Shown here: positions 26,301-35,518 of the stretch, in pieces | Numbering within the stretch: position 1 is the first letter of the stretch | Layout: every line of letters starts with the position of its first letter | Assembly (NCBI GenBank): GCA_964604315.1 | Contig: CAZRYK010000003.1 | Location: forward strand, 4,105 to 41,964 | Reading direction: 5' to 3' | Source: an uncultured Gammaproteobacteria bacterium | Lineage (GTDB): Bacteria; Patescibacteriota; Patescibacteriia; JACPL01; CAZRYK01 | Length of the DNA stretch: 37,860 nucleotides | Translations under genes and position numbers: made by a program | Notes under the pieces: generated by a model | Databases searched by the model: none | Told to the model about the DNA's origin: nothing | Seen by the model: only the letters and a program-made list of their open reading frames with translations

Positions 26301-28004
26301 TTATCTTCCCCCGTCAAACCGTTGGAGAAGTTCTTCTATATCGATGGTTTCGCGGTTGCCGGTTTGGCGGTTTTTTAATTCCACTTTTCCGTTTTTTGCT
26401 TCGCGGCCGCAGACAATGTGCCACGGAATACCCATAAGATCCGCGTCCATAAATTTTTCTCCGCCTTTCAATTCACGGTCATCTAACAAAACTTCAACTC
26501 CGGCCTTCTGCAGGGCTTCGTACACATCGTTTGCAAGTTGCCGTTGGGTGTCATCCGAAACATTCACCGGTACAATCACAGTTCGGTAAGGCGCTACGGT
26601 TTCTGGCCAAATTAATCCATGCTCATCGTTTTGCTGTTCGGCAACGGCTTGCATCAATCGCGTGGTGCCAATGCCGTACGTTCCCATCCACATGATTTGT
26701 TCTTTACCTGTCTCGTCTAAATATTTTGCATTGAACTTTTCTGCATACACTTTTTGCAACATAAACACATGGCCCACTTCAATACCGCGCGAAACTTTTA
26801 ACGTGCCCTTGCCGCATTGCAAACACTCTTGACCTTCTTGGGCTTTGGCAATGTCGACGAATTCTTCCACGGCAAAATCTTGCCCCGCGTTAAGATTTAT
26901 ATAATGGTATTCATGTTCGTTTGCGCCGCTGACAAAATTTTTACCGCCCTCCAACGATGCGTCATAAACCGTACGCACGTTTTCTGGCAAGCCAACTGGC
27001 CCAATCGATCCCGCTGGCAATCCCGCATCTTTGAGCATCACTTCTGCCGCCGGTTCTAAAACCGTTGCACCTAAATGATTTTGCAGCTTCACATCATTAA
27101 TATCTAAATCGCCACGAATAAATGCCACCACCAACTGCCCATCGGCGCTATATAATACGGCTTTCATGGTTTGCGTGGCCGGGATTTTAAAAAACGTCAC
27201 TAGGGATGCGATAGTATTCACACCGGGCGTTGCGACTTTTTCTTTCTTTTGTTCTTTCGCATCTATTTTTGCGGCTGGGATTTTTGCCACCGCCCGCTCT
27301 TGGTTCGCACCGTAATCGCAATTGCTACAAGTAAGCAAAGTATCTTCACCGTTATCTGACAGTGCCATGAATTCCGATGAACCCTTGCCACCAATAGCGC
27401 CAGAATCGGCTTGCACAGAAATGAAACGCAAACCGCAAGCTGTAAAAATTTCGGCGTAGGCTTGCCGCATGTTTTCGAAACTTGCCCGCATCGCATCTTC
27501 ATCGCGGTCAAACGAATACGCATCGGACATGACAAACTCGCGTCCGCGTAATAAGCCATACCGTGGTCGCATTTCATCGCGGAACTTGGGGCCAATTTGG
27601 TGAATAATCAACGGCAAATCGCGATAACTTTTGACGTGTTGGCACGCAAGCGTGGTGGCCATTTCTTCGGCTGTTGGCGCTAAACCGTATTGCTCTTGGC
27701 CATACATTTCCTGCGTCGTGTACATGGTTTTGGTGTCAATGTATTTTTGCCAGCGGCCGCTGTGTTTCCAGTCTTCGGCAGGTTGCAAAATGGGTAACGT
27801 CATGTTCATGGCGCCATGTTTTTCTAACACCTCGAAAACGATTTTTTTGATTTTCTCGTGCACACGGTGGCCCAACGGCAGCAAATACCAAATACCCGCG
27901 GCTTTGGGTGCAATAAAACCGCCTTGCTCTAACAAGGCATGCGAACGAAGTAGACCTTCACGGACATCTTTCCGCGTACCGGGGAACAGACGAGTCATGC
28001 GCAT
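26301..28004 (-). CDS. proS: Proline--tRNA ligase (bacterial type with INS editing domain)
   Basis: KFRDEMRPRYGLLRGREFVMSDAYSF, IEVGHVF, MGTYGIGTTRL, anticodon-binding domain LLDDR. Confidence 0.97.
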   Translation of the reverse strand: MRMTRLFPGTRKDVREGLLRSHALLEQGGFIAPKAAGIWYLLPLGHRVHEKIKKIVFEVLEKHGAMNMTLPILQPAEDWKHSGRWQKYIDTKTMYTTQEMYGQEQYGLAPTAEEMATTLACQHVKSYRDLPLIIHQIGPKFRDEMRPRYGLLRGREFVMSDAYSFDRDEDAMRASFENMRQAYAEIFTACGLRFISVQADSGAIGGKGSSEFMALSDNGEDTLLTCSNCDYGANQERAVAKIPAAKIDAKEQKKEKVATPGVNTIASLVTFFKIPATQTMKAVLYSADGQLVVAFIRGDLDINDVKLQNHLGATVLEPAAEVMLKDAGLPAGSIGPVGLPENVRTVYDASLEGGKNFVSGANEHEYHYINLNAGQDFAVEEFVDIAKAQEGQECLQCGKGTLKVSRGIEVGHVFMLQKVYAEKFNAKYLDETGKEQIMWMGTYGIGTTRLMQAVAEQQNDEHGLIWPETVAPYRTVIVPVNVSDDTQRQLANDVYEALQKAGVEVLLDDRELKGGEKFMDADLMGIPWHIVCGREAKNGKVELKNRQTGNRETIDIEELLQRFDGGR

Positions 28005-28076
28005 AACGTTTTGGGGTCAAGTCTATCAGTAAAACAACCTTATTCTAACGAAAAAAGGCCCTCTTGTCTAGCGAAA

Positions 28077-28220
28077 TTATCTTTTTGCCACATCTTCAGA
28101 TACTTTCTCCACTCTCTGATTAAATTTTTCTAAACCCGGAATAATAATCTCCTCAACAAATTTTTGAAATTTTGGATTCCTGCTATATTCTTTTTTTAAC
28201 ACCACTTTCCCCATACTCAT
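28077..28220 (-). CDS. Putative 47-aa small protein (absent from the ORF track)
   Basis: My translation: MSMGKVVLKKEYSRNPKFQKFVEEIIIPGLEKFNQRVEKVSEDVAKR*; fills the ppsA-proS gap on the same strand. Confidence 0.4.
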   Translation of the reverse strand: MSMGKVVLKKEYSRNPKFQKFVEEIIIPGLEKFNQRVEKVSEDVAKR

Positions 28221-28251
28221 ATCTCTCTAAAAATAAATATATACTTACCGC

Positions 28252-30639
28252 TTACTTCTGATGCTTCGCCAAATCCATTGTGGTCTTTACCACCGTATCC
28301 GGGTTCAAACTCATGGAATCGATTTTGTGGTCTAACAAAAAACGCGCAAATTCTGGCGAGTCCGAAGGCCCTTGCCCACAAATGCCGATCTTGGTTTTTG
28401 TTTTATGCGCCACATCAATGACATGCGCTATCATCCATTTCACCGCTTCGTTATTTTCATTGTAAATATGTGAGACCAATTGCGAATCCCTATCTACGGC
28501 CAAGGTCATTTGCGTTAAATCGTTGGAGCCAATCGAAAACCCGTCAAAAATCTTGGCAAATTCTTCGGCCAAAATCACGTTCGATGGCACTTCACACATG
28601 ACGTAAATTTCCAAACCGTCCTTGTGCTGTACCAAACCATTTTTTGCTAATTCCGCAATCACGCGTTTGCCTTCTTCGGGCGTGCGGCAAATCGGAATCA
28701 TAATTTTCACGTTTTTTAACCCCACATCGTCGCGCACTTTTTTGTACGCCGCGCATTCCATGGCAAAAGCCGGCGCATAGGTTGCATCGTAATACCGCGA
28801 CGCCCCGCGCCAACCGATCATCGGGTTTTCTTCATGCGGCTCAAATTCCTGCCCGCCAATTAACCCCGCATACTCATTAGTTTTAAAATCGCTTAAGCGG
28901 AAAATGACATCTTTGGGGTAAAACGCCGCGCCAATCGTTGCAATGCCGTACGCCAATTTGTCGATAAAATATTGTTTTTTGTCTTTGTACCCTTTGGTGA
29001 GCTTTTCAATTTCATGTTGCGTCTTGCGGCTTTTCAATGTGTCAAAATGCACCAACGCCAAGGGGTGAATTTTAATGTTCGCCGTCACAATAAATTCTTC
29101 GCGCGCCAAGCCTACGCCATCATTCGGAATGAAACTTGCCGAAAACGCCAACTCTGGCGAGCCAATATTCATCATAATTTTTGTATGCCGCGGTTTTTTT
29201 AAACCCTTCAAACTGGTTTTATGTACTTCAAACGGAATAATACCCTTATAGACTTTTCCGTCGTCGCCCTCGGCACAGCTAACCGTAACTTCCGCGCCAT
29301 GCGGAATCTTTTTGGTTCCAGTTTCTGTTCCAATCACCGCCGGCACGCCAAATTCACGCGAGACAATGGCCGCATGACTGGTTCGCCCGCCGCGGTTAGT
29401 GACAATACCGCCAGCAATTTTCATAATCGGCTCCCAGTCTGGGTCCGTCATGTCGGTCACCAACACCTCGCCTTTTTGAAATTCATGAATTTGCGACACA
29501 TCGCGAATCACGCGCGCTTTGCCACTCCCCACCTTGCTACCGACCGGCGTTCCGGTGATGAGCACATGCGCGCCTTTGTTTTGAATTTTGTATTCTTCTA
29601 ACACGCTACGATCTTTTTGCGATTGCACGGTCTCGGGACGCGCTTGCACAATATACAATTTGCCGTCTAACCCATCTTTGGCCCATTCCATGTCCATGGG
29701 TTTGTGGTAATGGTTTTCAATCACCACGGCCCATTGCGCTAATTGCAAAATTTCTTTGTTGGTTAATACAAAACGCTCGCGATCTTTTGCCGACACAAAA
29801 ACATTTTTTGTCGGGTTTTTGGGATCGTTATTGTAAATCATGCGGCGGCGTTTACTGCCCAATTCTTTCGAAATAATCGGCTGGTGTTTTCCGTCGAGCG
29901 TGGGTTTAAACACATAATATTCGTCCGGGTTCACCGCGCCTTGCACCACGTTTTCCCCTAAACCGTACGCCGCGTTGATTAACACCGCATTCTGAAAACC
30001 GGTTTCGGTATCAATAGAAAACATGACGCCACTTGCGGCTTTGTCTGACCGCACCATTTTTTGCACGGCCACGGAAAGCGCAATAGAAAAATGATCAAAG
30101 CCTTTTTCTTGCCGATAACTAACGGCGCGATCGGTGAACAACGATGCGAACGCTTTTTTAATCGCGATTTGCAGTTCTTTTTCCCCGCGGATGTTTAAGT
30201 AGGTTTCTTGCTGACCGGCAAACGATGCGTCGGGTAAATCTTCGGCCGTGGCACTAGAGCGTACCGCCATGTCCACATTTTTACCGTAGCGTTTTTGCAT
30301 TTCTTTATACGCAACACCAATGTCTTGCGTGAGTTTTTTCGGAAACCGCGTTTGCAAAATGGTTTTGCGTACCAATAACGCATGGTGCGCTAAATTCCTT
30401 GTGTCGCGCGTATTCAAGGTTTTTAAAATCTCGCGAATCTTATTTTTGGCGCCGGATTCTTCCAATAAAAATCGGTAGGCCGAAGAGGTTACCGCAAAAC
30501 CACCAGGCACCCGCACGCCCTTAGAGGTAAGCTTTTGAATCATCTCGCCCAAAGAGGCATTTTTGCCACCCACCAAAGGAATGTCTTTGATGTCGACTTC
30601 CTCGAACCATAAAATAAATTTCTCGTCGCGTGTTATCAT
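28252..30639 (-). CDS. ppsA: Phosphoenolpyruvate synthase
   Basis: VGGKNASLGEM, AVRSSATAEDLPDASFAGQQ, GGRTSHAAIVSRE, DGFSIGSNDLTQ, GICGQGPSD; ATG 30639. Confidence 0.97.
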   Translation of the reverse strand: MITRDEKFILWFEEVDIKDIPLVGGKNASLGEMIQKLTSKGVRVPGGFAVTSSAYRFLLEESGAKNKIREILKTLNTRDTRNLAHHALLVRKTILQTRFPKKLTQDIGVAYKEMQKRYGKNVDMAVRSSATAEDLPDASFAGQQETYLNIRGEKELQIAIKKAFASLFTDRAVSYRQEKGFDHFSIALSVAVQKMVRSDKAASGVMFSIDTETGFQNAVLINAAYGLGENVVQGAVNPDEYYVFKPTLDGKHQPIISKELGSKRRRMIYNNDPKNPTKNVFVSAKDRERFVLTNKEILQLAQWAVVIENHYHKPMDMEWAKDGLDGKLYIVQARPETVQSQKDRSVLEEYKIQNKGAHVLITGTPVGSKVGSGKARVIRDVSQIHEFQKGEVLVTDMTDPDWEPIMKIAGGIVTNRGGRTSHAAIVSREFGVPAVIGTETGTKKIPHGAEVTVSCAEGDDGKVYKGIIPFEVHKTSLKGLKKPRHTKIMMNIGSPELAFSASFIPNDGVGLAREEFIVTANIKIHPLALVHFDTLKSRKTQHEIEKLTKGYKDKKQYFIDKLAYGIATIGAAFYPKDVIFRLSDFKTNEYAGLIGGQEFEPHEENPMIGWRGASRYYDATYAPAFAMECAAYKKVRDDVGLKNVKIMIPICRTPEEGKRVIAELAKNGLVQHKDGLEIYVMCEVPSNVILAEEFAKIFDGFSIGSNDLTQMTLAVDRDSQLVSHIYNENNEAVKWMIAHVIDVAHKTKTKIGICGQGPSDSPEFARFLLDHKIDSMSLNPDTVVKTTMDLAKHQK

Positions 30640-30646
30640 AGTCAAA

Positions 30647-30715
30647 GTAAGGGATAAGCGCTAAGGGCTAAGGGATAAGTATTTTTTCTTAACCCTTAAA
30701 CCTTATCCCTTATTC
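30647..30715. repeat. Inverted array of degenerate heptamers
   Basis: 5 x NTAAGNN (30647-30681), T6 spacer, 4 x CTTANNC (30688-30715). Confidence 0.7.
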
Positions 30716-30725
30716 CTGTTTGCTA

Positions 30726-31061
30726 TTACAAGTTAATCTTCTTCGCGTACTTTCCCAAAAAAGGCATGGCCCATTCCTCGCCAGACAAGGCTTTCACAAA
30801 ACCCGTAATAGCAAGGACTAAAACCAAGAGCCCTAAAAACCATCCAATCACCGGAATGCCAAAAATCGGCCAGCCAACAATTTCTATGGCGAACAATAAC
30901 AATCCTTGTTTGGCATGATGCTGAACAAACGCGCTATCCTTTCGCAAAAACAGCGGGACTAAACATAAAATCCACACATAGCTTAGAGCGGCCAGCAAGC
31001 TGTCTTCGTGGGCTTTTTTCTTTTCCTCGCTCAAGGGCTTGCTTTCGTACGGGTCTGTCAT
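30726..31061 (-). CDS. DUF4870/Tic20-like membrane protein
   Basis: AALSYVWILCLVPL...FVQHHAKQGLLLF...KALSGEEWAMPFLG. Confidence 0.85.
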   Translation of the reverse strand: MTDPYESKPLSEEKKKAHEDSLLAALSYVWILCLVPLFLRKDSAFVQHHAKQGLLLFAIEIVGWPIFGIPVIGWFLGLLVLVLAITGFVKALSGEEWAMPFLGKYAKKINL

Positions 31062-31086
31062 ACTTTTAGTATACCAAAAAATTCCA

Positions 31087-31434
31087 TTATTTCAAACCTA
31101 AAGCATCATACAAGGCGCGATCAATACTCTTTTGGGTAGAATCAGAAATTTCACCTAGTTCGCCCAACACAATACGTTGATCAAGCGTTGCGATCTTTTG
31201 GCATTTCACTACAGATGATCGTTTCAAACCGGTAGAAGAAAAGCTGGGATCCTTTTCTTTTAGCACGACTTCAGTTTTTGTAGCGCGCAAGGGCAATACC
31301 GACGATACAAAAACAACAATAATATCTTTAGCGTCTACTAAGGGTTTGGAAACAATAATTGCCGGGCGGACTTTCTTTGCAGACAGGTCGGTAAAAGGAA
31401 AGGGAACAAGAATGACTTTTCCGCGCTCAAACAT
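31087..31434 (-). CDS. Type II toxin, PemK/MazF family endoribonuclease
   Basis: RGKVILVPFPFTDLSAKKVRPAIIVS, GLKRSSVVKCQKIATLD. Confidence 0.92.
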   Translation of the reverse strand: MFERGKVILVPFPFTDLSAKKVRPAIIVSKPLVDAKDIIVVFVSSVLPLRATKTEVVLKEKDPSFSSTGLKRSSVVKCQKIATLDQRIVLGELGEISDSTQKSIDRALYDALGLK

Positions 31435-31687
31435 ACGACTTCTTTAAATCCTTTCGCGAATAGACGTCCGGCTCTTCTTCTAAGAAATCAAAACCTCCGC
31501 CATAGGCATTCATATTCGTTATGTCATCAAGATCGGGATTATACGTATCCGGAAACTTAATAAGCAGTGCTTCGGCCTTCTGGTGACGGCCGATAGCGAT
31601 AGGTTTATTGGAATACCGAACAATGCTTAACAGCTTCGATAGTTGTTTGCGAGCGTCGGTTGTAGTAATAACGGCAATGGGTTCCAT
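31427..31687 (-). CDS. Putative antitoxin with Phd/YefM-like N-terminus and acidic C-terminus
   Basis: ITTTDARKQLSKLL...IAIGRHQKAEALL; acidic tail FDFLEEEPDVYS; overlaps the toxin start by 8 nt. Confidence 0.78.
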   Translation of the reverse strand: MEPIAVITTTDARKQLSKLLSIVRYSNKPIAIGRHQKAEALLIKFPDTYNPDLDDITNMNAYGGGFDFLEEEPDVYSRKDLKKSYV

Positions 31688-31694
31688 AACATAA

Positions 31695-31751
31695 ATAGAT
31701 ACATTTTGTACATTATGTATCTATTGTACATCACAAAACGTTAAGTGTCAA
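31695..31751 (-). promoter_or_regulatory. TA-operon promoter with palindromic operator
   Basis: TTGACA(31751-31746)-17 nt-TACAAT(31728-31723); palindrome ATAGATACAT-TT-TGTACA-TT-ATGTATCTAT at 31695-31724; second TGTACA at 31725-31730. Confidence 0.75.
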
Positions 31752-31816
31752 GTTGATTCGATGCTGGGGTGCGGCCGACGTGTTTCCACGCCAGCCACAC
31801 CCCAAGCGAGCCTCCA

Positions 31817-32044
31817 TCAGCGGGTCGTGCCGTTCACCGCCTTCTTGGCGGCGGTGTAGCGCACGAGCTCCGCAACGATAACACCGGGAGCCGCCGGCGC
31901 GTCGACGCGGTCACTGACGATCGTGACGATCGCTTCGTCGTTCGCCAGAAACTCAACGCGATCGCCGCGCTCGATGATACGCGGCGACAGATCCCGATGC
32001 CCACACGCGCTATTCCAGGTAGCGCGCAAGATATTGAGACTCAT
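31817..32044 (-). CDS. Small GC-rich hypothetical protein (75 aa)
   Basis: GGAGGT at 32053-32048, 3 nt before ATG 32044; MSLNILRATW... Confidence 0.5.
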   Translation of the reverse strand: MSLNILRATWNSACGHRDLSPRIIERGDRVEFLANDEAIVTIVSDRVDAPAAPGVIVAELVRYTAAKKAVNGTTR

Positions 32045-32227
32045 GATACCTCCCTCAAAGGCAACGCGCGGAGAGGGACGCTCCCAACCAAGGGCGTCCT
32101 TCACGCGCAAGTTAAAAAGAGAATACTTAAAAACCCCCATTCTGTCAACCCCGCAAATTGACAAAACGCCCCACGCTTGGCTATGATAGACAAAAGAGTC
32201 TTGACACTTTGGTGTATTTATCATCCC

Positions 32228-35053
32228 ATGAACAAGCCTACGCGAGAATCAACCGGCAATAAATCCGTAGCGGCACAGCGCGAGGAAGAAATCCTCGCGT
32301 TTTGGAATGAGCAAAAGATTTTTGACAAATCGCTTGCCAAAGACGCTCCCCAAGGCGAGTTTGTTTTCTATGATGGCCCGCCGTTTGCCACGGGCTTGCC
32401 GCATTCGGGCACATTGCTTTCTTCGATTGCTAAAGATGTTATTCCCCGCTACAAAACCATGCGCGGGTACCATGTGCGTCGCCGTTGGGGCTGGGATTGT
32501 CACGGCCTGCCCATAGAATCGCTGGTCGAAAAAGAATTGGGGCTAAAAACCAAAAAAGACATTCTAGACATTGGCATTGAAAAGTTCAACGAAACCGAGC
32601 GGCCGTTTGTGTTGCGTTACGTGGACGAATGGAAAAAATATATTGAGCGGGTTGGGCGCTGGGTCGATTTTGACCACTCGTACAAAACCATGGACAACAC
32701 GTATATTGAAAGCGTGTGGTGGGCGATTAAGGAAATGCACAAAAAAGGCAAAATCTACGAAGGCCGCAAAGTGCTATTGTACTGCCCACACTGCGAAACG
32801 CCGCTTGCCAAAGCCGAGATTGCCATGGACAACACGTACCAAGACGTGACCGAAGAAGCCGTGACGGTAAAATTTGAAGTCAAAAATCCTGCCGATCATA
32901 GTTTGCCGCAAAACACCTTTATTCTTGCCTGGACAACAACGCCGTGGACATTACCCGGCAACGTCGCCTTGGCCGTGGGGAAAGACATCAGTTATGTTTT
33001 GGTAGAAGAAGACGATGCGCGTTATCTTTTGGCAAAAGATTTATATAAAGGTACCGGCGATATTGTAAAAGAATTCACGGGCGAGGATCTTGCGGGCTTA
33101 GCATACACGCCGCTTTATGAAGTGCAAAAAGTTCAACAGTATGAGGGTAAAAAATACCAAGTCCTTCTGGCCGATTTTGTTTCTACCGACGAAGGAACCG
33201 GCGTGGTGCACACAGCGGTCATGTACGGCGAAGACGATTTTGCGCTGGGGCAAAAAGAACACCTACCTATGGTGCAGTTGTTGGACGCCTCGGGCAAATA
33301 CAACACAGATGCACCAGAATTGGTGCGCGGCATATACATTAAAGATGCCGAGCGGCTGATTAAAAAAGATTTAGAAGACCGCGGGCTGCTTTTTAAACGC
33401 GAAAACAATACGCACTCGTACCCGCATTGCTACCGTTGCGGCACACCGTTAATTTATAACGCTATTTCGTCGTGGTTCATTGACATTCAGTCGGTGAAAC
33501 AGCGCATGATCGAAGAAAACGAACAGATCAATTGGTCGCCGCAGCACCTACAACACGGACGGTTTGGCCACATTCTTGAAACCGCGCCAGATTGGACCAT
33601 TTCGCGCAATCGTTTTTGGGCCAGCCCGTTGCCCATCTGGAAATGCGAACAGTGTAAAGAGATTGCGGTTGTTGGTTCGCGCAAAGAATTAAAAGAACGT
33701 GCAAACGAACCCGTACCAGAGGATTTAGATTTGCACCGCCCTTACATTGATGCGTTTACATTAAAATGTTCCTGTGGCGGTACTATGCGCCGTATTCCGG
33801 AAGTGGTGGATTGCTGGTTAGAATCCGGGTCTATGCCTTTTGCCGAATACCACTACCCGTTTGAAAATGTTGAGGAATTCGAAAAACGTTTCCCTGGCGA
33901 TTTTATTGCGGAATACATTGCGCAAACTCGCACATGGTTTTACTACATGCACGCCCTCGGGGTGTTGTTGTTTAACAAACATGCGTTTAATAATGTTGTC
34001 ACCACGGGGAACGTTTTGGCAGCCGACGGGTCTAAAGTGTCGAAATCCAAGAAAAATTATACCGACCCGTATGTGTTGTTTAATACCTTTGGTGCCGATG
34101 CGTTCCGTTTTTACTTAATGTCGTCTGTGGTGATGCAAGCCGAAGACATGATGTTTATTGACAGCGAGCTTCGGGAAACCCACAACAAAGTAGTGAACCT
34201 TCTGCGGAACACCTTAACGTTCTACGGGCTGTACAAAGAAAATGCTCCGGAGCCCGAGCGTGCGAGCGATCATATTTTGGATCGCTGGATTTTGGCTCGC
34301 CTCAATGAAGCGTTACAAACCACCACCGAAAGTTTTGAAGCCTATGACATGGTGCATGCCACACGACCCATGCGCGACTTTATTGACGATTTTTCCACGT
34401 GGTATGTGCGCCGGTCGCGGGAACGCGTCAAAAGTGCTGATGCCGGGCAAGCATTAGGCACCATGCGTTATGTCTTGCGTGAATTTTCTAAAATCATTGC
34501 GCCGATCATGCCCTTTATTGCCGAAGAAATTTACCGCACGGTACGCACAGACGATGACCCGGAAAGTGTGCATTTAACATCGTGGCCCAAAAACACCTCT
34601 GACATGGATTTGGCGATTTTACAAGATATGGCAACAACGCGAGCCTTAGTTTCGTCGGCCTTGAAACTTCGACAAACCGCGGGCTTAAAAATCCGCCAAC
34701 CGCTTTCGAAACTTTCGGTCAAAAACGATCTTCTTAAAGATAAAGAAGAATATCTTGCGTTGATACGCGATGAAATAAATGTGAAAGCCATTGTTTTTGA
34801 CGCGTCGATTGCAGACGAAGCTGTTCTGGACACAACCATCACGCCAGAACTTGCCGAAGAAGGCGCGGTGCGAGAATTAATCCGCACGATTCAGGATTTA
34901 CGGAAAAAAAATGGGCTATCGCGAAACGATGCCGCGGTGTTGGTATATGCCAGCGACACGACGTTACTAGAAAAACACTGGGAAGAAATTCGCCAAACGT
35001 CGAACCTCCTGGAATTCAAAAAAGGCCAAAAAACCGCGATAGAAAAAGTCTAG
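32228..35053 (+). CDS. ileS: Isoleucine--tRNA ligase, type 2 (IleRS2)
   Basis: YDGPPFATGLPH, GWDCHGLP, AWTTTPWTLPGN, DWTISRNRFWASPLP, QTRTWFY; lacks the C-terminal zinc domain of IleRS1; ATG 32228. Confidence 0.95.
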   Translation: MNKPTRESTGNKSVAAQREEEILAFWNEQKIFDKSLAKDAPQGEFVFYDGPPFATGLPHSGTLLSSIAKDVIPRYKTMRGYHVRRRWGWDCHGLPIESLVEKELGLKTKKDILDIGIEKFNETERPFVLRYVDEWKKYIERVGRWVDFDHSYKTMDNTYIESVWWAIKEMHKKGKIYEGRKVLLYCPHCETPLAKAEIAMDNTYQDVTEEAVTVKFEVKNPADHSLPQNTFILAWTTTPWTLPGNVALAVGKDISYVLVEEDDARYLLAKDLYKGTGDIVKEFTGEDLAGLAYTPLYEVQKVQQYEGKKYQVLLADFVSTDEGTGVVHTAVMYGEDDFALGQKEHLPMVQLLDASGKYNTDAPELVRGIYIKDAERLIKKDLEDRGLLFKRENNTHSYPHCYRCGTPLIYNAISSWFIDIQSVKQRMIEENEQINWSPQHLQHGRFGHILETAPDWTISRNRFWASPLPIWKCEQCKEIAVVGSRKELKERANEPVPEDLDLHRPYIDAFTLKCSCGGTMRRIPEVVDCWLESGSMPFAEYHYPFENVEEFEKRFPGDFIAEYIAQTRTWFYYMHALGVLLFNKHAFNNVVTTGNVLAADGSKVSKSKKNYTDPYVLFNTFGADAFRFYLMSSVVMQAEDMMFIDSELRETHNKVVNLLRNTLTFYGLYKENAPEPERASDHILDRWILARLNEALQTTTESFEAYDMVHATRPMRDFIDDFSTWYVRRSRERVKSADAGQALGTMRYVLREFSKIIAPIMPFIAEEIYRTVRTDDDPESVHLTSWPKNTSDMDLAILQDMATTRALVSSALKLRQTAGLKIRQPLSKLSVKNDLLKDKEEYLALIRDEINVKAIVFDASIADEAVLDTTITPELAEEGAVRELIRTIQDLRKKNGLSRNDAAVLVYASDTTLLEKHWEEIRQTSNLLEFKKGQKTAIEKV

Positions 35054-35075
35054 CGCTCAACTAAAAAAGTTTTCG

Positions 35076-35105
35076 AGGGATCCGACCTCTGGAGGTCGGA
35101 TCCCT
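35076..35105. repeat. Perfect 14-bp inverted repeat after ileS (REP-like or terminator-like)
   Basis: AGGGATCCGACCTC-TG-GAGGTCGGATCCCT. Confidence 0.7.
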
Positions 35106-35162
35106 TCTGTTTGCAGAAGGGCTGGGCGCCGCGGGCAATGGTTGCCTCTGGCGCCCCCTGTC

Positions 35163-35384
35163 CTAGCTCGCGCGCCTCGCTCGTCCCATCGGGACGAGCC
35201 GAAGCTCCGCCTGCCGGAGCAGGCCAGTGTTCTCGCGTGCAGGATCGTATGGCGAGTACGAATCCAGGACGCGGAACTCCCGCTCTGCTTCGACGCGCGT
35301 CAGCGTGCCGCTGCAGAGGAGAAACGCGAGCTTGTCGGCCGGCGAGAAGTTTCGCCAACCGTTGGGGAGATTCTGAAGGTTCAC
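35163..35384 (-). CDS. Small GC-rich hypothetical protein (73 aa)
   Basis: AAAGGAGGT (35398-35390) 5 nt before the GTG start; region is also hairpin-rich. Confidence 0.45.
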   Translation of the reverse strand: MNLQNLPNGWRNFSPADKLAFLLCSGTLTRVEAEREFRVLDSYSPYDPARENTGLLRQAELRLVPMGRARRAS

Positions 35385-35518
35385 CGACGACCTCCTTTCG
35401 GCGGCGCGGACGCCGCCTAAGAAAAAACTCCCCCGTTGCTTGTTTGTGTATCACAAGTTCCGAACTTGTACAAGTATGGTACTTAATAAGCTGTAAGTAA
35501 TAAGTAGTAAGTAAACTA

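Noticed and set aside
28005-32227. Looked for additional T-boxes upstream of proS and ileS
   Set aside because: No GGTGGNACC antiterminator motif or specifier stem was seen in either upstream region.
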